Assembly (NCBI GenBank): GCA_035938215.1
Contig: DASZHC010000089.1
Location: forward strand, 1 to 49,488
Origin: Chthoniobacterales bacterium
GTDB taxonomy: Bacteria > Verrucomicrobiota > Verrucomicrobiia > Chthoniobacterales > JAFAMB01
Reading direction: 5' to 3'
DNA: 49,488 bases
A model generated the notes under the pieces. It saw nothing but the letters and a program-made list of their open reading frames with translations. It did no database searches and had not been told where the DNA came from. The position numbers and the translations under genes are program-made. Positions 43,969-49,488 of this stretch are shown piece after piece. Position 1 is the stretch's first letter, and each line of letters begins with the position of its first letter.

Positions 43969-44178
43969 CTAGTCTTTTTCCCTTTCCACTTTCACTTTCT
44001 GGCCCGTCTGGCGATCATAGTAGATTTCTTTCCTGCCCTTCTTTTCGACCAGCAGATACCGGGGTAGATTCTGTTGAATTTGGCTATACGTTACCACCCC
44101 TTCTTCTGCAGGCTGTTGGAAGGTAGTCGTTGTCGTGGTGCTCGAGGGAGCCTGCACGATCGCACCTTCGGGATTCAC
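43969..44178 (-). CDS. Small hypothetical protein (69 aa, GTG start)
   Basis: Thr-run and Lys/Glu-rich C-terminus (LLVEKKGRKEIYYDRQTGQKVKVEREKD). Downstream of the Lpt permease and followed by the hairpin. Confidence 0.4.
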   Translation of the reverse strand: MNPEGAIVQAPSSTTTTTTFQQPAEEGVVTYSQIQQNLPRYLLVEKKGRKEIYYDRQTGQKVKVEREKD

Positions 44179-44322
44179 ATAGACAACCTGCTCTCCGCTT
44201 TCACTCCGAACCGTGACTGCGTAGATGCCGCCGTCGGAACGGTCTCAGGGAGTTCCCTGAGATAGCGATAAGGCTGGTGTCGGTCGCGTCGGGAGCAGCG
44301 CCGGTTGAGCCAAGCGGCCCCG

Positions 44323-45441
44323 CTATCCCGTAAACGGAATTGGCCGATTCGTTGACCGCAGGTAAAGCAGCACAAGTCCAAGCAGCAGAAAAGAGATTGC
44401 CGGCGTCCATGCCGCCACAACCGGAGATATTCTTGACCCCTGGCCAAGAGCGAGAAACACGTTGCTCGACGAGAACAACCCAACAAAAAGGAAAAGCCCA
44501 CCAGCTACCCCACCCAGAGTCCCTCGGCGGGAAAACGCAACACTGAGGGGGCTCGCTACTAATACGACTACGAGCACATTCCACGGCAATGCGAACCGAT
44601 ACCACATCTGCGTCTTGAATTCGGCCAGATTCGCCTCAGGAAAATCACCGTTTTCAGCAAGATAATGCTTTAGTTGCGGGACCGTCATGTATTTGCCCTT
44701 CATGGAGGAACTCGCAAGCCGCCATGGCGTCTCACTCCAACTTCCGATCTCTTTTTGCGAAAAGAATTCCTCCCCTGTAACGTTCCCGGCCGGATCCATA
44801 TGAGCAATTTTTCCGTTGTAAAAGATCCATAGTTTCCGCGCTCCGTCGTAAGTCGCGTCCAGCCCATAAATCTTCGATTGAATCACTCCCTCGGCATCCA
44901 GCTGGATCACCTGGACATTTCGAAGTTGTTCGTTTTTCGCGTCAAGCAATTGAATGAACCAGATGCGATGATCGGAACGATTGGGAAAGACGTGAGCATC
45001 AAGGCGCGCATTTTTGACTTTGCCTTTGACGATTTCATCCAGCATGTAGGCACTCGCCCAAAGCCCCTTGGGCCCAAGCTCGTAGTTTAACAAGGTACAA
45101 GCACCCGTGAGGAGCAAGCCAACCAGCATCAGGGGAAGCAAGACCCGGGGAACACTGACGCCGGCGCCCAACATCGACACGATTTCATTGCGACGCGACA
45201 TGCGTGTCAGGACATAGAGGAGTCCGAGCAGCACGCACAAGGGCATCCAGGTAACAACAACAAAAGGAATCTGCGTGAGGTAAAATCGGCTAATTGACTC
45301 AAACGACAAATGGGCCTCTTGAAAATCATTCGCATGCTCACCGAGATCGTAGACCAGCCAGACAGCGACCATCCCGAACAAGGAATAGAAGAACGGGACC
45401 AGAAAATTCTTGATGAGGTAACGGTCAAAAATCCGGACCAC
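44323..45441 (-). CDS. LptF/LptG-family (YjgP/YjgQ) LPS export permease
   Basis: 372 aa: three N-terminal TM helices, a large periplasmic beta-jellyroll-like insert and three C-terminal TM helices. N-terminus IFDRYLIKNFLVPFF is typical of the family. Confidence 0.85.
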   Translation of the reverse strand: MVRIFDRYLIKNFLVPFFYSLFGMVAVWLVYDLGEHANDFQEAHLSFESISRFYLTQIPFVVVTWMPLCVLLGLLYVLTRMSRRNEIVSMLGAGVSVPRVLLPLMLVGLLLTGACTLLNYELGPKGLWASAYMLDEIVKGKVKNARLDAHVFPNRSDHRIWFIQLLDAKNEQLRNVQVIQLDAEGVIQSKIYGLDATYDGARKLWIFYNGKIAHMDPAGNVTGEEFFSQKEIGSWSETPWRLASSSMKGKYMTVPQLKHYLAENGDFPEANLAEFKTQMWYRFALPWNVLVVVLVASPLSVAFSRRGTLGGVAGGLFLFVGLFSSSNVFLALGQGSRISPVVAAWTPAISFLLLGLVLLYLRSTNRPIPFTG

Positions 45442-45670
45442 GGTCTCTAATTTCTAAGCGTTTTAAAAATTGATCTGTCCTGGGTCATCGCTTCACAGGG
45501 CGCTAGAGCCGGCCTCAACTCTGTCTCGCGACCGACAATATCCCGGAAAGGGTCGTATCCGATTTTGCAAAAGCATCCTCCGCAATACTTGCGTTGGAGC
45601 GTTACGTTGATCATCATACTTGGCTCCGGCAACGGGAAATCCGTACCACGACTTCGAGTAAAGGACAACG

Positions 45671-47650
45671 GTGATTGCGCTTCGTGAAGATTTCGAGAGC
45701 GAGTTTCCCAGAAGGATTCGGGAAATGTTTGGCAAGGATGGGTTATTGTCCGGCGCAAAAAGCTTCGAATTCCGTGCCGAACAGCAGCGGATGGCGAGCG
45801 CTGTTGCCGAAGCATTGGCCGAAAATCTTCATCTCGTAGTCGAAGCTGGAACCGGGGTAGGCAAGTCCCTGGCGTATCTTGTGCCCGCCGTCCTCTATGC
45901 TCTGCGAGAGAAACGCAAAGCGATCATCTCAACGCACACAATCAATCTCCAGGAGCAGCTGCTCAACAAAGATATACCGATCGTTCGCGGATTGTTGGAC
46001 CAACCCTTCGAGGCTGCGTTGCTCAAAGGAAGACAAAATTATTTGTGTCCAAACCGGTTGGATCGCGCGTTGCAGTCGCAGAACGACCTCTTTACCGGTT
46101 CACAGCAACAGGAATTGCTTAGAATCAAGGCCTGGAGCCAAAAAACCGTGACCGGCACTCTGAGCGATTTCGACGTAGAACCCGACCCGGTCGTATGGGC
46201 GCAAATCTGCAGCGAAGCCCATATATGCACACCGAAAACCTGCGGGACGACAAACCGCTGCTTCTACCAAAGCGCCAGGAAAAAGCTCCTCACCGCCGAC
46301 CTGATCGTCGTAAACCACACCCTTTTCTTTCTTGCGCTGGAGAGCATAGGAGATCTGGAAAATCGGTCGTCGGGCTATCTCTTTCCCAACGACTTTATCA
46401 TCTTTGACGAGGCGCACACGATTGAATCCGTCGCCGCGCGCCAGATCGGTTTGGGCATTTCGCAGTACGGTCTCAAACAAACCCTGCACCGCCTGTACAA
46501 TCCCAAAACTCAAAAGGGATTGTTCACGCTTCTGCGTGAAACCGAATCGGTTAGGGAAACCGCGGAAACGTGCGACGCCGTCGACCATTTTTTTGAGGCT
46601 GTCGAGGACGCAGCGAAGTTCGGTAAACGCCGCGAGTATCGCGTCCGAAATCCGGAAATCGTTCCCGACACCGTATCAACTGCACTGGCCCGGCTGCAGG
46701 CCGCAGTGATTCACGCCGTCAAGGGCGCCGAAGACGAAAAGCTGAAGAGCGAACTTCAAGATCTCGGCCGGCGGATCCGGGAGGTTCGCTATGGCATCGT
46801 CGATTTCCTGAATCAGACTCCCCAAAACCACGTTTACTGGATCGAGCGTGCCGGGAAGATATCTCAGTATTTGTCCCTCAATGCGGCCCCGATTGATATC
46901 TCTTCGGTGCTGAACCGGATGCTCTTTCCCGAAGGTCGCACCTGCATCATGACAAGCGCGACGCTGTCTGTCGGTCGAGATGATCTTGCCTATTTTCGGA
47001 ACCGAGTCGGCGCGTTCGATTCCGAAGCTCTCAAGATTGGTAGCCCGTTCGACTACGAACGACAAATGCGCCTGTATGTCGTCAGGAAGATGCCCGATCC
47101 GCGTGATTCGGATTACGAAACCGCGCTCGAAAAATGGATCACCTACTTTCTCGCAAAAACAAAGGGATGCGCCTTCGTTCTATTCACAAACTATAAGACC
47201 ATGACCAGCGTGGCGCAGCGCATGGAAGCGACGTTGGAGCGGGACTATACATTCATGATGCAAGGAAACCGGGAGTCGCGAACCCGGATGCTTGACCGAT
47301 TCAAGAAATCAGAGAGTGGCGTGCTATTCGGCACAGACAGTTTTTGGACTGGAGTCGACGTTCCCGGGGAAGCTCTGGCAAACGTGATTATTACCAGACT
47401 ACCATTTGCGGTTCCCGATCATCCGCTGATCGAGGCACGGCTCGAGCACATTGAGGAAAACGGGGGGGATCCGTTCACCGAATATTCGCTTCCGGAGGCG
47501 ATCCTCAAGCTGCGGCAGGGCGTAGGCCGCTTGATTCGAACGAAGACGGACGAGGGAATCATTGTTATTCTTGACAATCGGATACTCAGCAAGGCGTACG
47601 GCAAAGCTTTTCTGGAAGCGTTGCCGCACTGCCCTATGGAGGTGCTGTGA
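45671..47650 (+). CDS. dinG: DinG/Rad3-family ATP-dependent DNA helicase
   Basis: 659 aa with a GTG start. Walker A EAGTGVGKSLAYL and DEAH box IIFDEAHTIE. Cys cluster CPNR...CSEAHICTPKTCGTTNRC (Fe-S type). C-terminal QGVGRLIR. Confidence 0.9.
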   Translation: MIALREDFESEFPRRIREMFGKDGLLSGAKSFEFRAEQQRMASAVAEALAENLHLVVEAGTGVGKSLAYLVPAVLYALREKRKAIISTHTINLQEQLLNKDIPIVRGLLDQPFEAALLKGRQNYLCPNRLDRALQSQNDLFTGSQQQELLRIKAWSQKTVTGTLSDFDVEPDPVVWAQICSEAHICTPKTCGTTNRCFYQSARKKLLTADLIVVNHTLFFLALESIGDLENRSSGYLFPNDFIIFDEAHTIESVAARQIGLGISQYGLKQTLHRLYNPKTQKGLFTLLRETESVRETAETCDAVDHFFEAVEDAAKFGKRREYRVRNPEIVPDTVSTALARLQAAVIHAVKGAEDEKLKSELQDLGRRIREVRYGIVDFLNQTPQNHVYWIERAGKISQYLSLNAAPIDISSVLNRMLFPEGRTCIMTSATLSVGRDDLAYFRNRVGAFDSEALKIGSPFDYERQMRLYVVRKMPDPRDSDYETALEKWITYFLAKTKGCAFVLFTNYKTMTSVAQRMEATLERDYTFMMQGNRESRTRMLDRFKKSESGVLFGTDSFWTGVDVPGEALANVIITRLPFAVPDHPLIEARLEHIEENGGDPFTEYSLPEAILKLRQGVGRLIRTKTDEGIIVILDNRILSKAYGKAFLEALPHCPMEVL

Positions 47651-47773
47651 ATAGAAAGATCATAGCAACCTCTTGCGGTCCCGTTGAGCCGTGTTGACAT
47701 TTGATGCTCTTAGGGATTGGCTCAGGAAATCCAGTGTCTTTCTGGGTATTGAATCGATGGACCAATACTACGG

Positions 47774-49060
47774 CTACTCCGGTCTTATGTTCTGGTTAAC
47801 GTGGAAAAAGTTATTTGGATCGTACTTCTTCTTAACTTCCGTCAGTCGATCGTAGTTGTCGCGGTAGGTCGCTTTGATCCGGTCGAGTCCTTCATCCATC
47901 ATAAAGTTTACGTAGGCGCCTCCCAGCGTGTAGGGATGAACGGCTTCCCAGTATCCCTTGGCCCATGTAGTGAGCGCGGTCGCCTTGGCGGGGTCTGGAT
48001 CGATGCCGGCGATGACCATAGACCAAGTCGCGTCCCGGAAGCCCCAGGCTGTCTCACTTTGCTCCACGCGGTGGACGGCGCCGTCGATGGGATAGAGATG
48101 CATCAACGAGAGCTCGCTCGGAGCCTTGACGGCCCACTCCAAATGCGCGTCGATGGCTTTGTCGGAAAGCTCTTTGACAAAGTCACCTTTCCAGTACCAC
48201 TGAAAGCCCGAGGGCAGCAGGGGGTCGAACAGGCTCTGCAGAGCTGGGAAAGGCATAGGCCCCATCCAGTCAATGATTGGCGGCGGAAGCTCTTGGCGAA
48301 TCGGCTTGATTGTTTCTTCCGCCTGCACCTGTGGTCCGCTGTAGCAGGAGATCAAGGCACAGATTTTCTTTCCCAAAAGTTCCTTGGGAAAGGGGTTCTT
48401 CGAGGGTGCCGTCTTCAGCCCCAGAAACGGGCAAAGCTCCAAAGGCGCCTGGGGCAGGAACTCTCGGTACCACTGCATCACCCGGCGTGCGTCCTTTACG
48501 TCCCAAAAAATCGGCCCGGCGTAAACCGTGCTCACGGGATGAGCTTGAAAAACGAAACTCGTCACGACGCCAAAATTTCCTCCGCCGCCGCGCAAGGCCC
48601 AGAAGAGATCCTCACTGCGCGACGCATTGACAGTCGCAAAGCTCCCGTCGGCAAGCACGACATCAGCCTCGGTAAGGTTGTCAATGGTCAGACCGAATTT
48701 CCGAGTAAGATAGCCCGTCCCGCCACCCAATGTGAGACCTGCGATGCCGGTCGTCGAGACAATACCGGCTGGCACAGCCAATCCAAACGCATGACTGGCG
48801 TGATCGACGTCGCCCTGTGTGCAACCGGGTCCCACCCGCACGGTGCGGTTCGCGGGATCGACTCGGACCCCTTTCATTGGCGAAAGGTCAATCACGAGTC
48901 CTTGATCACAAACGGCCAACCCTGCACCGTTGTGGCCTCCGCCGCGAATTGCGACCGTGAGACCGTCTTGGCGCGCAAAATTCACTGCTGCCGTCACGTC
49001 CGCCACGTCCACGCAACGGACGATAGCGGCGGGACGACGATCGATCATTCCATTGTACAA
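47774..49060 (-). CDS. FAD-linked oxidase (FAD_binding_4 + BBE); N-terminal ~30 codons lie in another frame (49149..49045)
   Basis: Motifs RPAAIVRC, IRGGGHNGAG, GAYVNFMMDEG and YDPNNFFHVNQNI. The upstream frame encodes MLEKQFSKLSENIRGSVITPGCGEYEIARN, the expected family N-terminus. Confidence 0.85.
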   Translation of the reverse strand: MYNGMIDRRPAAIVRCVDVADVTAAVNFARQDGLTVAIRGGGHNGAGLAVCDQGLVIDLSPMKGVRVDPANRTVRVGPGCTQGDVDHASHAFGLAVPAGIVSTTGIAGLTLGGGTGYLTRKFGLTIDNLTEADVVLADGSFATVNASRSEDLFWALRGGGGNFGVVTSFVFQAHPVSTVYAGPIFWDVKDARRVMQWYREFLPQAPLELCPFLGLKTAPSKNPFPKELLGKKICALISCYSGPQVQAEETIKPIRQELPPPIIDWMGPMPFPALQSLFDPLLPSGFQWYWKGDFVKELSDKAIDAHLEWAVKAPSELSLMHLYPIDGAVHRVEQSETAWGFRDATWSMVIAGIDPDPAKATALTTWAKGYWEAVHPYTLGGAYVNFMMDEGLDRIKATYRDNYDRLTEVKKKYDPNNFFHVNQNIRPE

Positions 49061-49394
49061 TTTCGAGCGATTTCATATTCACCGCAGCCGGGAGTAATCA
49101 CGCTCCCCCGGATGTTTTCGCTCAGCTTGCTGAACTGTTTTTCTAGCATACGGCTTCCTATTCGTTGTTTGAGGCAGAGAATCGAGCCGATTGGAAACTA
49201 GCTTTCCACCACTATCTGGCCGTCGCCCACCTCGTTTGTTGCGTTTCCCCGGTCTCCATGACACCCGTCGAATTCTTTGATTGTGAAACCTTCGGACCTC
49301 ATCGAGTCTGCATTCCTTGCGCGCCATCGCCCAGACCGTGACTATATCTAACTTAACTTCCTTCCGGCTTAAACTGATTCCCCTCGTAAGGGGG

Positions 49395-49421
49395 TGTGTA
49401 GCCCGAGATTTTCGGGCTACA
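49395..49421. other. Hairpin (10-bp stem, 7-nt loop) near the window end
   Basis: GTGTAGCCCG-AGATTTT-CGGGCTACAC, preceded by a second small hairpin CCCCTCGTAAGGGGG. Function unknown. Confidence 0.3.
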
Positions 49422-49488
49422 CCTCAGCCCAGGCAGGCGGTTGGGTGAATAAAGGAAGCAGACCGAGCCGGGCGAGCAGAACGTTGAG

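Noticed and set aside
47801-49201. Long antisense ORFs: 47801..49201 (+, 466 aa), 8712..9794 (+, 360 aa), 3291..4079 (+, 262 aa), 24082..25032 (+, 316 aa), 34508..35002 (-)
   Set aside because: Each lies opposite a gene with strong family motifs or runs through repeat DNA. Their products are Arg/Ser/Pro-rich with no motifs. These are typical shadow ORFs.
1-49488. CRISPR arrays, tRNA/rRNA genes, transposases, integrases, prophage or known defence-system genes
   Set aside because: I saw no regularly spaced identical repeats, no tRNA-like T-loop/acceptor patterns and no ORFs with transposase, integrase, RT or nuclease-NTPase hallmarks. This was a by-eye scan only, so small ncRNAs could have been missed.

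Overview
This 49.5-kb window is mostly core chromosome. Gene content (a receptor Ser/Thr kinase fused to an FGE-sulfatase domain, DUF3365, S10 peptidase, dense intergenic repeats) suggests a PVC/Verrucomicrobiota-like bacterium, but that is inference only. All domain calls come from motifs read by eye; no searches were run.

Layout:
- 1-11.6 kb: a complete minus-strand dcw/mra cluster, mraZ-rsmH-ftsL-ftsI-murE-murF-mraY-murD-(LysM membrane protein)-ftsW-murG. murG runs off the window. Neighbouring genes are joined by serial 4-nt ATGA overlaps, and a 10-bp-phased GTGG array lies upstream of mraZ.
- 11.8-13.8 kb: proBA.
- 13.9-16.5 kb: an adenylate-forming enzyme and an HD hydrolase.
- 16.8-21.1 kb: glyQS flanked by three OmpA/MotB-like anchor proteins.
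- 21.1-23.7 kb: a divergent pair, an HTH-fused citrate-synthase-like protein and an HMGL-type (homocitrate / Re-citrate synthase-like) enzyme, with a perfect palindrome between them.
- 23.7-26.6 kb: PEBP, AI-2E transporter, DUF4328.
- 26.9-30.8 kb: a transmembrane kinase-pseudokinase-FGE receptor, translationally coupled to a heme-c DUF3365 protein.
- 31-35 kb: GNAT-purU, small ORFs, SDR, TPM.
- 35.3-37 kb: S10 carboxypeptidase.
- 37-43.6 kb: a gene-poor, repeat-rich signalling islet. It holds two paralogous PAS + HisKA_3 (DHp-only, no ATPase domain) proteins, three receivers including a NarL-type regulator, a decayed receiver and an ECF-sigma fragment.
- 44.3-49.1 kb: LptF/G permease, DinG helicase, and a frameshifted FAD/BBE oxidase.

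I saw no rRNA, tRNA, CRISPR array, transposase, integrase, reverse transcriptase or recognisable defence genes.

The observations most worth a second look:
1. The REC - DHp-only - NarL module, a possible HisKA_3-based phosphorelay or phosphatase.
2. The HTH-citrate-synthase / HMGL pair with its operator-like palindrome.
3. At least five interleaved families of short palindromic or TIR-bounded intergenic repeats. Several end in CTAG/TAG and supply the stop codons of flanking genes.
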